From positions 62,001 through 126,000 of the forward strand of contig MCFE01000180.1 in the NCBI GenBank assembly GCA_002104905.1: a DNA stretch of 64,000 nucleotides, read 5' to 3'. The notes under the pieces were generated by a model. That model saw only the letters and a list, made by a program, of their open reading frames with translations. It was not told the DNA's origin and ran no database searches. This stretch comes from Basidiobolus meristosporus CBS 931.73 (taxonomy: Eukaryota; Fungi; Basidiobolomycota). Positions 1-12,223 of this stretch are shown here, piece after piece. Both the position numbers and the translations under genes were made by a program. Every line of letters starts with the position of its first letter. The first letter of the stretch is position 1.

Positions 1-1047
1 CCATAGTGTGCCAGAGAGGCCAATTGAGCCTCTACCCGGTCACAGAGTGTGAAACATAGCTCCGCATCTTCATGCAAAGCAGCCCCTGTGTTTCACCCAT
101 TGTGTTGGAGAAAATCCATTTTTTGATCTTATTTTTTGGATCAATGTTGTGCAGGATGTGTTAGAGCACAAGCAGATTGAAGATATGCATCTGGTACTCA
201 TGTTATGATCTACCGCTTGAATGTTTAAGTTAGATCAGTTTTTAGTCAAATCAATTAGTATATGTTTAGGTTATCAGTATATCAGTATTATCTATGAAAT
301 CAGTAGCATTAGTCAGCAAATGAATCAGCAGATCCTTATCAGACAGAAATAGATATATTAAGTAGGTTCTTATTGGGTGATGATGATGCAATCAAATGAG
401 TCATCCGCCACAACCTACATTAGGAAATACATTTAGTCAGCAATTGATCTGGCAAAATGTATATAAGGAGCTGCTGGAACCTCAATAAAAATCAGTTCAA
501 GTTTTAGTGAATACAATACTAGCTAAACTCCCTATTCCTCAACAACTCTTATACCAACACTTGTAACACTCAATACCCATGGCACTCTGAATCTAGCTCC
601 TGTAGCTTGTATCATGTCACAAAAATGAATGGCACTATCTTGGTCCACTGGTACTATCTGGCACTATATTTAATTATTAGCCCTAAAGTAAGATCTATAC
701 AAAGCACTTAGAGTGCCAGATAGTACCAGTGGACCAAGATAGTGCCATTCATTTTTGTGACATGAAACAAGCTACAGGAGCTAGATTCAGAGTGCCATGG
801 GTATTGAGTACCAGATGCATATCTTCAGTTCTCCTGTGCTCTTACACATCCTGAGCTACATTGATCCACAAAAAAAGGTCAAAAAATGGATTTTCTCCTG
901 CGCAATGGGTGAAACACAGGGGTTGCTTTACATGAAGATGCAGAGCTATGTTTCACACTCTGTGGCCAAGTATAGGCTCACTTGACCTCTCTGGCACACT
1001 ATGGCATCATTTGGCACTCATGGCTCAATGTGGCACTATCCAACGGA
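1..1047. repeat. Long foldback (inverted repeat/hairpin) element with TGGCAC(T) subrepeats; left arm runs off the window and is interrupted by a solo LTR
   Basis: 1-200 plus 569-665 is the near reverse complement of ~712-1002 (ccatagtgtgccagagagg vs cctctctggcacactatgg; ggcactatcttggtccactggtactatctggcact vs agtgccagatagtaccagtggaccaagatagtgcc). Loop ~666-711. About 10 TGGCAC/GTGCCA motifs. Confidence 0.9.
201..568 (+). mobile_element. Ty3/Gypsy solo LTR (368 bp), 4-bp TSD CTCA
   Basis: TGTTA...TAACA ends; near-identical to LTRs 4258-4625 and 8516-8883; ctca at 197-200 and 569-572. Confidence 0.95.
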
Positions 1048-1249
1048 ACAATTCTAATGTTTGGTAAAAGTGCTAATTTGATCAGACTAAAGCAGAATAA
1101 TCATAGGATCTGACATCTGAAGAAGCTGGCAAATTTGGGGCTCTATGTGAGTGCTACAGTTATCAAGACTAGTCTAGAATTGTTAGGTAAGCTTTGAGCT
1201 GCTGAATGATACCAAATAGTCTAATATTTCAACAGTGCTTGCTACTCAA

Positions 1250-2750
1250 CTGATTATCCATGCATAGGACCTCCTATTAGTACCTGCAACTTCACCTGTC
1301 ATCCCATCCACCAAAATATCTGCTCCATAGGAAACATCTAAAAGATGAAGCAATGTACAATTTTCTCCACACACCTGGAAAGATGCAATGGAGAATGGAT
1401 GCCGTAGTGACAGTGATTTAGATGTTCAGCTTTAGGCTTGTGGTATAGCCTGCCAATGACTGTGACAAATACTTGAGATACCAAATGCTCTCCAATATTT
1501 GCCAATTCCGCAAACTGTCCAGTATCTTGGAGATCACATTGTGCTTCAAGTGCCCTGATACAAGTTGCACATTAATATTGAAATATTGTTTGAGTGCAAA
1601 TGCATACTCCCAGTGGGAAGATTTTGCTCTAACACATTCTTTACATCTCAAGTATCTCTACTTTGTAATACATTTCATATTTAAGTGTTACAAGTTTTAG
1701 TGTAAGAGTTGTGGAGGAATAGAGAGTTTAGCTAGTATTGTATTCACTAAAACTTGAACTGACTTTTATTGAGGTTCCAGCAGCTCCTGATATACAATTT
1801 TGCCAGATCAATTGCTGACTAATTGTATTTCCTAATGTATGCTGTTGCTGGTGACTCATTTGATTGCATCATCATCACCCAATTAGATCCCATTTAATAT
1901 GTCTATTTTGGTCTGATAAGGATCTGCTGATTCATTTGCTGACTAATGCTATTGATTTGATAGATAATGCTGATTTACTGATAAGCCAACATTACACCAA
2001 TTGATTTTACTAAAAACTGATCTAAATTTAGCAATCAAGCAGCAGATCATAGTACTAATCAATGGCCTGCAGCTTACCAACCTGGCTGCAAATTGCATTC
2101 TGACATCTGTACTTTTCCCCAAGAAGATGGTGTTCTTACTGATGGTGCATAGTACATTATAATGAGTGCACATTATGTAATAAATCCCTGGATCTCACAT
2201 ATTCAACAGTGAAGTGGGCTTACTTCACCTGAGATGGCCATTATCTTACTGATGGCCACTCCATTCCAGAAATAGTTTGGTGTAGAATATGGATATAAAC
2301 TAATTCAGCTGCCAGAATTCTGCAATGAGACCATTGTAAGTGTTAATGGTAAATTGTTGACCCTTCTCACAATCAGGTGGCAGCATTGTGACAGTGAATT
2401 GCTCTTTCTATTGTCAAAGAAAATGATATGCTTGGGAGTTTTTCTAGGCCTTTTGTTATGACTTGTATGCTAAGAGAAATTGGGCAAGAATCAATTTTAA
2501 AAATCAGAAATTACAATACATGCTGGTTGTAATGTTAGATCATTTTACCTGAGAATGTGTATATAGATATAATGGACCAAAACTGACTGAGAGATGTGTC
2601 ATAATAGGGCTAAACCACCAGGGGGACTGAGTGTGAGCTAATATATAGATATCATTTTGTTCTAGGTCCAAGTTACTCAATTCTAGTAGGCTTCACTCTC
2701 TTGACAGGATGACTACATCACAGATGTTGCCATATAAGAAGTCTTTGAAA
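1250..2750 (-). pseudogene. Degenerate CACTA/EnSpm transposase remnant, split by an LTR; ends approximate
   Basis: Minus-strand translation near 2200-2280 gives AISKIMAISGEVSPLHC*ICEIQG (CACTA-type KGxxGxxPCRxCxIxG motif). 1280-1690 is homologous to 19410-19790, which carries the C-terminal CACTA motifs. Confidence 0.7.
1686..2054 (-). mobile_element. Diverged Gypsy LTR (same family as 201-568)
   Basis: Colinear with the reverse complement of the 368-bp LTR (gctagtattgtattcactaaaacttgaactga...). No clean TSD. Confidence 0.85.
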
Positions 2751-3082
2751 ATAAGAAATTTATTTTGAAATAATCACAATGGTTAGGGTGTGATTTAAAC
2801 ATAAAAAAGCTCAGAGTTTATACAATTTAAGGAGGCAAGACTCAGATGCTGACCAAGAGCATGGATCTTCTTGATGAGTAGAACTCAGATCATAAAGTCA
2901 CTGTTATTGTCAATCAGTTGCCTGTTGCTAAAATACTACTGATGGGGAAGATATGAACTTAACTCTGCCAAACACCAAGGAATATCCTCCCCATATTGGA
3001 TCAGATCAGATGAGCCCAGTTATGACATCCTTGATAATATGCAATGTCACCAGATCTTGGTTGCAGCCATCCAATATGCTTT

Positions 3083-3447
3083 AGTTATGATATGGTGCCT
3101 GAATTTTTAAGTTACATTAGTTTTTAGCCAAATCAATTAGTTTTATGTTCAGCCTATTAGTATATCATCATTATCATTTAATGAGTAATATTAGTTGGTG
3201 AACAACTCAGCAGACCCTTGTCAGACAGAAAAGGTATGTCAATAAAAATCTAATTTAGTGATGGTATTGCAATTAGGTAAATCATCAGTCACAAACTACA
3301 TTAGCAGATACAATTAACCAGCAATTAATCTGGCATAATGAAAAAAACACGTTGTGGAACCTCAATGAAAATCAATTCCAGTTTCAATTAATAAATGCTG
3401 GCTAAACTTCCTATTCCTCCATAACCCTTATATCAAGACTTGTAACA
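3083..3447 (+). mobile_element. Diverged Gypsy LTR
   Basis: Colinear with the 368-bp LTR; ends ...tcaagacttgtaaca. Confidence 0.8.
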
Positions 3448-4257
3448 CATCAAGATTATTGTCTTTGTACTGTAATTCAACATCAGGATTAGGCAATGAA
3501 AAGTCCAGATGCTACCATGTGGCCATAAGATGTGTAGGAGCAGTGTAAATTACCAATAAGTCAAAAACTTGGTTATTGTATACATACCAAATAAGAGTAA
3601 GCTAATAGGATGAAGACAGGTGAGCTGTTTAGGCTACTTCCAAGTGTTGCCCCTGCAGTTTGTGTCTACTTGGCAAACTGGGCTCATCCCACAAGGTGTA
3701 TGCAAGCTTCTGGTATCTGAGATCTCTTGAAATCCTTGGTTCACTTCTTTGTGCTAACTGAAATTATAGTTGTTGGGTAGTATTGTGCACTCTGACTCTG
3801 CAAAAAAACAGTGCTTGGTCTGTGTATTAATCCCATCAACTGGCAGATCCATTGGAATACTTGGTCTGCATTTTCCAAATAATCCAACAGCCAGTCAGTG
3901 ACTCCATTGCTTGTGGTGCAATATGCCAAGGTTTTAGGTTAATGATCTGTTGAATTACCAGGTAAGCTTCTAATGTCTTTACCTTAAAATTTGCTCCTTG
4001 CTTGGATAAGACCATTAAGGGGCTTCCAAACCTCTTAGCAACTACTATTCAATGTTACTTGCAACTTCTTACTTACTAGCTACTTGTACAGCTTTAGCAA
4101 CAGGCCATCAAATGGCTTAATGAATTGCTTTTGGTACTACCAATTGCAACTCCCAGTGGCTGGCATCTTCCAATAAAGTGAATTTCCCATCTCTCAAATG
4201 ATATATATGCTTTACCAGAGTGATTCAGCAGCCCTCTGTGGTTGGCCTTAGTTAATT

Positions 4258-4625
4258 TGTTATGATCTGCTGCTTGAATGTTTAAGTTGGATCAGTTTTT
4301 AGTCAAATCAATTAGTATATATTTAGGTTATCAGTATATCAGTATTATCTATGAAATCAGTAGCATTAGTCAGCAAATGAATCAGCAGATCCTTATCAGA
4401 CAGAAATAGATATATTAAGTAGGTTCTTATTGGGTGATGATGATGCAATCAAATGAGTCATCTGCCACAACCTACATTAGGAAATACAATTAGCCAGCAA
4501 TTGATCTGGCAAAATGTACATAAGGAGCTGCTGGAACCTCAATAAAAATCAGTTCAAGTTTTAGTGAATACAATACTAGCTAAACTCCCTATTCCTCAAC
4601 AACTCTTATACCAAGACTTGTAACA
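4258..4625 (+). repeat. 5' LTR of Gypsy element
   Basis: TG...CA, direct repeat of 8516-8883. Confidence 0.97.
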
Positions 4626-4626
4626 T

Positions 4627-4636
4627 TGGTAGCAGC
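4627..4636 (+). promoter_or_regulatory. Primer-binding site TGGTAGCAGC, complementary to a tRNA 3' end ...GCUACCA (initiator-Met type)
   Basis: 1 nt after the 5' LTR; begins TGG (complement of CCA). TGGTAGC is the iMet-type PBS start known from Ty1/Ty3. Confidence 0.75.
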
Positions 4637-4683
4637 AATAACCAGAAACCTCCCTCCTCAAGAAAGAAGAAACCACCCTCAAG

Positions 4684-7600
4684 ATGCTGGACAATCAAGA
4701 ATGGAAGAATGTCATACAGCAAATCCTGGCCCAACAGCAACAGTTACTCCAGATCCTCAGCCAACAGCAACAAGGAATGACTACCATGGCTCAGAGCCAG
4801 CAAAGCCCTGTCAAGAGCAACTTTAGTGTGAAGGTCAACTGGTACCATGGCAGAGTTAATGAAAACCTGGGAACTTGGCTCTTTCAGATTGAAGAAGCTT
4901 TTGAAGCTAAAGGAATTGCTCCAGAGAGCAAGTTGCATTATGCAGCTTCTTACCTGGCAGATGCAGCTTTACAGTGGTACCACAACAAGATCAGGTCAGC
5001 TACTATGATTGGATGCTCTACAATCTCTACCTGGGATGAGTTTGTGTTGGAAATGCAGGATACTTTTGAACCTCCACACCAGCAGACACTACTAAGAAGG
5101 AAGTTGAAGACACCCAGACAGAAAGGAATGGTGCAAGAATACATCTATGAGTACAGATGTCTACTTGGACAAATTGAAAGAATGGACCCCTTGGATCAAG
5201 TTGAATACTTTATTGATGGGTTGAAAGAAAGAACTTGCAAGGAAGTCAATTACCAAAGACCTCAGACTATTGAAGAAGCCATCAAGATTGCCATTGACTA
5301 TGACTCAGCTATGTCTGGAGTTGGGAAGCCTACAGTGACTAATCAGAAAGGCTATAATCATCATGAAAGAAGACAATCAGAAGCAGTAGCAATGGAAATA
5401 GATGCTATGCAGAAGAATCCCTCCTCAGAAGAATGCAAGAAGAGAGGACTTTGCTTCAATTGCCACCAGCAGGGACATATTGCAAAGTACTGCCCTCAGA
5501 GAAGAAATGGACACCAGACAACAAGAACCTTCAACCATATTGAGTCCCATGAACACAGTAATGTGGAAGATGAGCTTGAAGAAGACTTGGAACTCACCTT
5601 CCATATGACAGAAGAGTACTTGTCCCAAATGACTTCAAACTCAGGGAAGTTATTGTACTTGAATGGAGTAATCAATGGAGTACCTGCCAAGATCATGATT
5701 GACTCAGGAGCATTGCATGAGTACATGTCAGAGCAATTTGCTTTGAAAGCTGGAACCAACTTGGAACCTACCAAATCAACTTCAGTCTCCACAGCTGATG
5801 GGAACTCCCACATAATCAACCGTATTACCCAGCCAGTAAGAATGAAGATCAATGACTATCAAGAAGACCTACAGGCTTATATATTTGGGAACTGCAAGTT
5901 TGACCTTGTACTTGGAAAAACCTGGCTATTTTGTTGTAATCCATCAAGCCCTCCAGTGAGCAAGACACCTTACAGAATGAGTCCATTGGAATTGGAGGAA
6001 ATGAAGAGACAAATTGATCAGCTATTGGAGCAAGGATACATCAGGCCCAGCAAGTCACCCTGGGGAGCACCAGTGCTTTTTGTGAAAAAGAAGGATGGAA
6101 CACTTAAGATGTGCATTGACTACAGAGCCCTGAACTCAGTTACCGTCAAGAATAAGTACCCCATACCTTGGATTGATGAGCTTTTGGACCAACTTAATGG
6201 AGCCACTATTCTCAGCAAGATTGACCTCATGTCAGGATACAACCAAATTAGGGTGAAACCAGAAGATATTCCTAAGACAGCATTTAGGACCAGATATGGA
6301 CATTACAAGTACTTAGTCATGAGTTTTGGCCTCACTAATGCCCCTGCAACATTCATGACGCTGATGCAGACTGTCTTTCAGGAGTACTTAGACAAGTTTG
6401 TGATAATCTACCTGGATGACATATGGATATACAGCAAGACAGAAGAGGATCATGTAGTGCACATTGAAAAGGTCTTGAAGAAACTAAGAGAGAACAAGCT
6501 ATATGGCAAGCTAGCCAAGTGTGAATTCTTCAAGGCACATGTTGAATACCTGGGACACATAGTGACTAGCACAGGAGTGACCTTAGACCCTAAGAAGGTT
6601 GAAGTTATCAAGAATTTGAAGCAGCCCCATAGCATATCAGAGCTCAGATCCTTCCTTGGAATGGTTTCCTATTATTGGAGATTTGTCAAGTCATTTGCAA
6701 GTATTGCAGCCCCTTTAACTGATATCCTCAAGAAAGACAATACCTACAAGTGGGACATAGCTTGTGAGACTGCCTTCCAGACGCTCAAGAATGAACTTGC
6801 TAAGCTGCCAAGCCTAAGAATACCAGACTTCAGAAAAGAGTTCACTCTGTGCACAGATGCTTCAGATTATGCAATTGGTGGAGTGCTGAGCCAAGAAAAC
6901 AAGGGAAAGGACTACCCTGTTGCCTTTGAATCCAAGAAATTGAACTCAGCAGAACAAAACTATCCAGTCCATGAGAAGGAGATGCTTGCTATAATACACT
7001 GTTTGAAGACATGGAGATGCTATATTAAAGAAGTCAAATACACTGTGAAGACTGATCATGCCTCCCTCAAGTATATATTTACTCAGAAGGTACTCTCTAG
7101 AAGAATGACAAGATGGAGTGAATACATTCAGCAATTTGACCTGGAGATTGTCTACTGCCCTGGAAAAAACAACACGGTTGCTGATGCCTTATCAAGATTA
7201 GATCAAGTTGCACAACTCAACTTGGTGCATGAATCAGATTGGCCTAGCCTATTACCAAAGTACTTGGAGGACCAAGCCATTCCTAATGAGGTGGATGAAG
7301 GTATCAAGAAGATAATCCGTGATGAAGCCAGCAAATTTGTTGTACAGGATGAAACACTCTACCAAATTGTTGATGGAAGCCCTATTGCCTATTGTCCTTA
7401 TGTTGCTTGCCTGGATTTAATACATAAGCTACACAATGGATATGGACATCTTGGGATTGAAGGAACCTATAGCCTTGTGAAAGCCAGAGCATGGTGGCCC
7501 ACAATGAAACAAGATATTGAGAAGCTAGTGAAAACATGCCCAAACTGCCAAATCAATCAAGGCCAGCCACAAAGAATTGCCAAACTCTTCCCTTTGGGGC

Positions 7601-8298
7601 CTGTAAGACCATTTGAGAGATGGGGAATTGACTTTATTGGAAGATTGCCAACTACCAGGAAATGCAACTGTTGGATCCTAGTAGCAATTGACCATGCCAC
7701 TAAATGGCCAGTTGCTAAAGCTGTACCAATAGCCAGTGAACAAGAAGTTGCAAGTTTCATTTACCATGAGATCCTGATGAAGTTTGGATGCCCTGTGGAG
7801 ATCTTATCCAATAGAGGTGCAAACTTCATGGCAAAGACATTGGAGGCTTACCTGGAAATGCAGCAGATCAGACACTTGAAAACCTTGGCATATCACCCCA
7901 GAACTAATGGAGTCACTGAGCGGTTTAAAGGATTATTTGGAAAAATGCTGACCAAGTATGCAAATGGAGTTGTCAGTAGAAGGGATGAGTATATAGACCA
8001 AGCACTCTTTGCATGCAGAGTCAGAGTACACAACACCACCCAGCAATCACCATTTTACTTAGTTTATGGATGTGAACCAAGGATTCCAGGAGATCTCACA
8101 CAACCAAAGCTTACAGACACCTTAGAAGATGAACTCAGTCAGCCAAGTAGACACCAGCAACTGGAACAAAGATGTCAAGAGGCACAGACCAAAGTATCTC
8201 AAAGTGCAGAAAAGATGAAGCGGAGATTTGATAAGACTATAGCACCAGAAGCATTGACAGTTGGGAACTTTGTATTGCTAAGAAACAACACTTGGTAG
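4684..8298 (+). CDS. Gag-Pol polyprotein (1204 aa ORF), probably non-functional
   Basis: Gag WLFQIEEAF; zinc knuckle [14 protein letters not shown]; protease IDSGA; [29 protein letters not shown] and YLDD; RNase [13 protein letters not shown]; integrase H..GHLG..C..C and WGIDF. In-frame PR-RT deletion; second catalytic Asp reads Asn (LSNRG); premature TAG at 8296-8298. Confidence 0.95.
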   Translation: MLDNQEWKNVIQQILAQQQQLLQILSQQQQGMTTMAQSQQSPVKSNFSVKVNWYHGRVNENLGTWLFQIEEAFEAKGIAPESKLHYAASYLADAALQWYHNKIRSATMIGCSTISTWDEFVLEMQDTFEPPHQQTLLRRKLKTPRQKGMVQEYIYEYRCLLGQIERMDPLDQVEYFIDGLKERTCKEVNYQRPQTIEEAIKIAIDYDSAMSGVGKPTVTNQKGYNHHERRQSEAVAMEIDAMQKNPSSEECKKRGLCFNCHQQGHIAKYCPQRRNGHQTTRTFNHIESHEHSNVEDELEEDLELTFHMTEEYLSQMTSNSGKLLYLNGVINGVPAKIMIDSGALHEYMSEQFALKAGTNLEPTKSTSVSTADGNSHIINRITQPVRMKINDYQEDLQAYIFGNCKFDLVLGKTWLFCCNPSSPPVSKTPYRMSPLELEEMKRQIDQLLEQGYIRPSKSPWGAPVLFVKKKDGTLKMCIDYRALNSVTVKNKYPIPWIDELLDQLNGATILSKIDLMSGYNQIRVKPEDIPKTAFRTRYGHYKYLVMSFGLTNAPATFMTLMQTVFQEYLDKFVIIYLDDIWIYSKTEEDHVVHIEKVLKKLRENKLYGKLAKCEFFKAHVEYLGHIVTSTGVTLDPKKVEVIKNLKQPHSISELRSFLGMVSYYWRFVKSFASIAAPLTDILKKDNTYKWDIACETAFQTLKNELAKLPSLRIPDFRKEFTLCTDASDYAIGGVLSQENKGKDYPVAFESKKLNSAEQNYPVHEKEMLAIIHCLKTWRCYIKEVKYTVKTDHASLKYIFTQKVLSRRMTRWSEYIQQFDLEIVYCPGKNNTVADALSRLDQVAQLNLVHESDWPSLLPKYLEDQAIPNEVDEGIKKIIRDEASKFVVQDETLYQIVDGSPIAYCPYVACLDLIHKLHNGYGHLGIEGTYSLVKARAWWPTMKQDIEKLVKTCPNCQINQGQPQRIAKLFPLGPVRPFERWGIDFIGRLPTTRKCNCWILVAIDHATKWPVAKAVPIASEQEVASFIYHEILMKFGCPVEILSNRGANFMAKTLEAYLEMQQIRHLKTLAYHPRTNGVTERFKGLFGKMLTKYANGVVSRRDEYIDQALFACRVRVHNTTQQSPFYLVYGCEPRIPGDLTQPKLTDTLEDELSQPSRHQQLEQRCQEAQTKVSQSAEKMKRRFDKTIAPEALTVGNFVLLRNNTW

Positions 8299-8505
8299 AA
8301 GTTTGAGCCACAATGGACAGGACCATTCAAGATCATCAGAAAATATCCATTTGCAACTTACCAACTAGTGGACAAACAAGGTAATATCCGGGAAGACTTA
8401 GTGCATAGGGACAGACTCAAGCTTGCAAGACTTGCTGATAATACTGAACCATCAAGATATTGGTATCACAAGAAAAGAGATTCAGGAGAACCCTCTCAAC
8501 TTTAG
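8299..8505 (+). pseudogene. In-frame integrase C-terminus (GPF motif) beyond the nonsense codon
   Basis: KFEPQWTGPFKIIRKYPFATYQL...GEPSQL* in the same frame as 4684; TAG at 8503-8505. Confidence 0.9.
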
Positions 8506-8506
8506 T

Positions 8507-8515
8507 AAGGGAGAA
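8507..8515 (+). promoter_or_regulatory. Polypurine tract AAGGGAGAA
   Basis: Immediately 5' of the 3' LTR. Confidence 0.85.
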
Positions 8516-8883
8516 TGTTATGATCTGCTGCTTGAATGTTTAAGTTAGATCAGTTTTTAGTCAAATCAATTAGTATATGTTTAGGTTATCGGTATATCAG
8601 TATTATCTATGAAATCAGTAGCATTAGTCAGCAAATGAATCAGCAGATCCTTATCAGACAGAAATAGATATATTAAGTAGGTTCTTATTGGGTGATGATG
8701 ATGCAATCAAATGAGTCATCCGCCACAACCTACATTAGGAAATACATTTAGTCAGCAATTGATCTGGCAAAATGTATATAAGGAGCTGCTGGAACCTCAA
8801 TAAAAATCAGTTCCAGTTTTAGTGAATACAATACTAGCTAAACTCCCTATTCCTCTACAACTCTTATACCAAGACTTGTAACA
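8516..8883 (+). repeat. 3' LTR of Gypsy element
   Basis: Direct repeat of 4258-4625. Confidence 0.97.
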
Positions 8884-9360
8884 AATTTGCAATTGTTGCT
8901 TGCTTTGACTAGCTTCCCCATATTTTAGCTCTTTCTGAGCTGCTGTGCTATGGCTTTCCCAGGGCTGCATGTTCCTCCAATTCCAAGATGTTGATTATCA
9001 CTGTGTAGCAGATGGTTTAGGTCCAGGCATGTAACAAATAAGCACTGGTCAATGATGCCTCCTTCAACAATATTCTGGAGTGTCTGATCTTGTGCTACTA
9101 GTTTGCTGCATATTCCTGAAATCTTCATCTACCTTTTTAGGATGTGCTTGGTCCTCCTAGTAATTGATTACAAGCTGGGCCAATCTAATACATGCACCAA
9201 GTTTAATTGTGCAACTTGTTCAAGTCTCAATAATGCATTAGCAACCAAATTTGTTTTCCAGGGCTATAGACAGTCTCTTAGTCAAATTATTGAATGTACT
9301 CATTCCATCCAGTCACTCTTGTGCAGAGTACCTGTTGAGTAAACATGAACATGAATGAGG

Positions 9361-9729
9361 TGTTACAAGTCTTGGTATATGAGTTGTAGAGGAATAGGGA
9401 GTTTAGCCAGTATTGTATTCATTAAAACTTGAACTGATTGTTATTGAGATTCCAGCAGCTCCTTTTATACATTTTGCCAAATCAATTGCTGACTAATTGT
9501 ATTTCCTAATGTAGGTTGTGGCTGATGACTCATTTGATTGCATCATCATCACCCAATAAGATCCTACCTAATATATCTATTTCTGTCTGATAAGGATCTG
9601 CTGATTTGTTTGCTGACCAATGTTACTAGTTTGATAGATTTTACTGATATACTGATAACCTAAACAAATAACTAATTGATTTGACTATAAACTGATCTAA
9701 CTTCAACATTCAAGCGGCAGATCATGACA
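9361..9729 (-). mobile_element. Gypsy solo LTR inserted in the old pol remnant
   Basis: Reverse complement of the 368-bp LTR; no PPT or PBS adjacent; TSD not intact. Confidence 0.85.
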
Positions 9730-12223
9730 GACCAATGATCAGTCCTCACAGTTCTCTTATCTCCTATAGTGCTGCATCAACATGTTTTTATGCAGTGTAC
9801 TATGACAAGCATCTTCTACTTTAGCATACATTTGCTTTGTTCTGCTGCATTTGGCTTCTTGGACTTAAAAACAACTAAGAGTTCCTTTTCTTTGTGTTCT
9901 TGGTCCAGTACTCTACCACACTGTGTAATATAAGTATTTGTGCAGAGGGTTAATACTTCTATAAAGTCAGGTATTTGTAAGCTTACTGCTTGGCAAGCTT
10001 GTTCTTCAAAAGCAAAAGGCAGTCTCACAAATTATGTCCTACTTCATTGTGTTGTCTTTCATCAGTAATTAGTCAAAGGTGGTGTAATACTTGCCAAGGA
10101 CTCAATGAATTGCAATAATAGGATCCCATTTTAAGAAAATATATTAGCTCTGCTATGCAGTGGGGTACCTTTCAATTCTGCATATTTTCTACTTTTCAAG
10201 GGTGAGGCCAAAACTTGTCATTAAGTATCTGAAATGTACATATCTAGCTCTAAATCCTGTTTCAGGAATATCTTCAGGTTTTATCCTAGTTTGGATGTAT
10301 CCTAGCATGAGGTCAATATTTTCAAAATATGATGAATACATTGAGCTGGTCCAAGAGCTCATCAATACATGGTATGGGGTATTGGTTCCTCACTGTACAG
10401 ATTTCAGGGCTCTGTAGTCAGTACATATTCTGAGTGTTCCATCTTCCTCCCTCACAAAAGCACTGGTGCTCCCCTTGGTCACATGCTGGGTCTGAAACAT
10501 CCTGCTCCAGCAGCTGAGCAATACATTTCTACATCCCTAAACTCCAAAGGACTCTCTCTGTAAGGTGCCCTGCTCACAGGAAGGTCATTAACTGTGTCAA
10601 TAGCATTATCTACTTCTCATACTAGTGGTAGGCTTGCAAGCTCTGTTACAATCACATCTTAGTACTTCATTAACCAAGTCTGAGCTTTCAAGTGAGCCAC
10701 AGTAGGGAAATCTCCTGTTAATACAGCCTTGAAAAGCTTCTGCATACCTTTTCAAAGTACTCTGCACAACTGTGTCTTGTTAAGTCCACTTGTCTTGTGC
10801 ACACCGGAATTTAATCAGTTAAAATCCAGTCTGGCTGGTAGCAGCTCTTAAGTATGGCTTGCTTAAAGGATCTGAGTGGTATTGGATCTACAGCCAACTG
10901 ATGGGTTACAACCCAATGGCCATGCTTTTCCCAGTGATAAGTAAAGCTTGCAGCTCCCTAACTTCCAAAACTGTGGGTCTTCCTTTGAGCAATTGTTATT
11001 TATTCTTGCTGGCTAGGTCATATGGTTGATTATGTGAGAGTTACCATGAGATGTGGAGACTGAATTTTGTCATGGGAATAGTGGAGCATATTATCATGGT
11101 GGCCAACTGGATCCAGTTGTGACCCCACTCTAAAGCAGCATCTGCCAAGAAAGAAGCTGCATAAGATCTGTATTGAGGTTCTAGAAGCTACTTATATATA
11201 TTCTTTCCAGATAAAATGGAGAGTTGTCATATTCCATAATGTGGATTTTTAAATACGCATTGAGCTCCATCCTTACAAAGCTATTAGCTCCTTCTTGAAG
11301 TATTTATTTTTGTTCAATGAGGATATGCTAAATATTACCTCTGGTTTGATAGAAAACACTGATATACTAATAGGCTCACATGGAGCCAACTGATGTGACT
11401 AAAACTGATACAACTTACACATTTAAGAGTACATTTACAAATCCTGCAGAAAGTAATCCTAAAAACTAGTGACTAACAAAAGAAATCTGCCAGTTATTGT
11501 GGCACAAGGGTATCTAGACATATCAAAATTACACAAAGAGTACTTGCAATCATATGCCTTAATTTACATTGCTATGTTGAAATGATATGTGCTTTTAACC
11601 TAGGATCTGAAACTGATGATAGCCTGCTATGACTTCTGAAAAACAGAGGTGCTGCTGCCAGAACTTGACTGAAATGACACACTGCTCTAAACTTAACTGA
11701 GAAAATTCTTCCACTTTGTCACTCTGTATTAACTGCAACTGAAGGAACTAGAGTCACTTTGCCCCTTTTCATTGATGTCACTGGCCCAACCATTCAGGTA
11801 TCATTTGGATGACAATGTGAGAGAAGATTTACTCTATAAACTGATAATAGGCCTTACTGAAGCATATGGCTTACAAGCATATTTGACAATCACAACAGAG
11901 TGTCAACATTTTCTGATGCATAAGAGATCAACTATGAAGTGCATATCCTATTCCTGAAGAATATGTACTAATCCATAAGGATGTCCCTTTTACTCACCAA
12001 TATCTCAGCCCATTGGCAACCATTAAGAGAAACACCAAGTATAAGCCAGCTGCATCAAAAGATTTGCCTGTGTCTACTTAAGTTTTAAAGTAAACTCATG
12101 GCAATTCTGAAGTGGAATTTGCATACATATGAAGATTCCCAATTTATAGAAGAAAGCTTCAGGAATTAGCAATAATGACCTCTCTTACCACTAAACAAGA
12201 GAAGTCTCCTGGGGCCATGTAAT

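Larger units (their letters stand above)
4258..8883 (+). mobile_element. Ty3/Gypsy LTR retrotransposon, structurally complete ends, internally deleted, no chromodomain; 4-bp TSD AATT
   Basis: LTRs 4258-4625 and 8516-8883 (368 bp, about 9 mismatches by eye); aatt at 4254-4257 and 8884-8887; PBS and PPT present; domain order gag-PR-RT-RH-IN. Confidence 0.97.
3450..11470 (-). pseudogene. Old, fragmented Ty3/Gypsy element (antisense host of the 4258-8883 insertion); ends approximate
   Basis: Reverse-complement matches to the young element's integrase (~3900-4200, tttgagagatgggaaattcactttattggaaga), RNase H (~9200-9350), RT (~10050-10600, IRPS..GAPV..DYRAL-like), protease end (~10900-10950, LGKAWPLGCNPS) and gag (~11130-11180). 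Many stops and frameshifts. Confidence 0.85.

Noticed and set aside
797-985. 62-aa ORF in the palindrome arm
   Set aside because: Lies in an inverted repeat and is not preserved in the second copy.
4626-4826. 66-aa alternative-frame ORF starting at the PBS
   Set aside because: Starts at TTG, overlaps gag in another frame and has no motif; a by-product of the Q-rich gag start.
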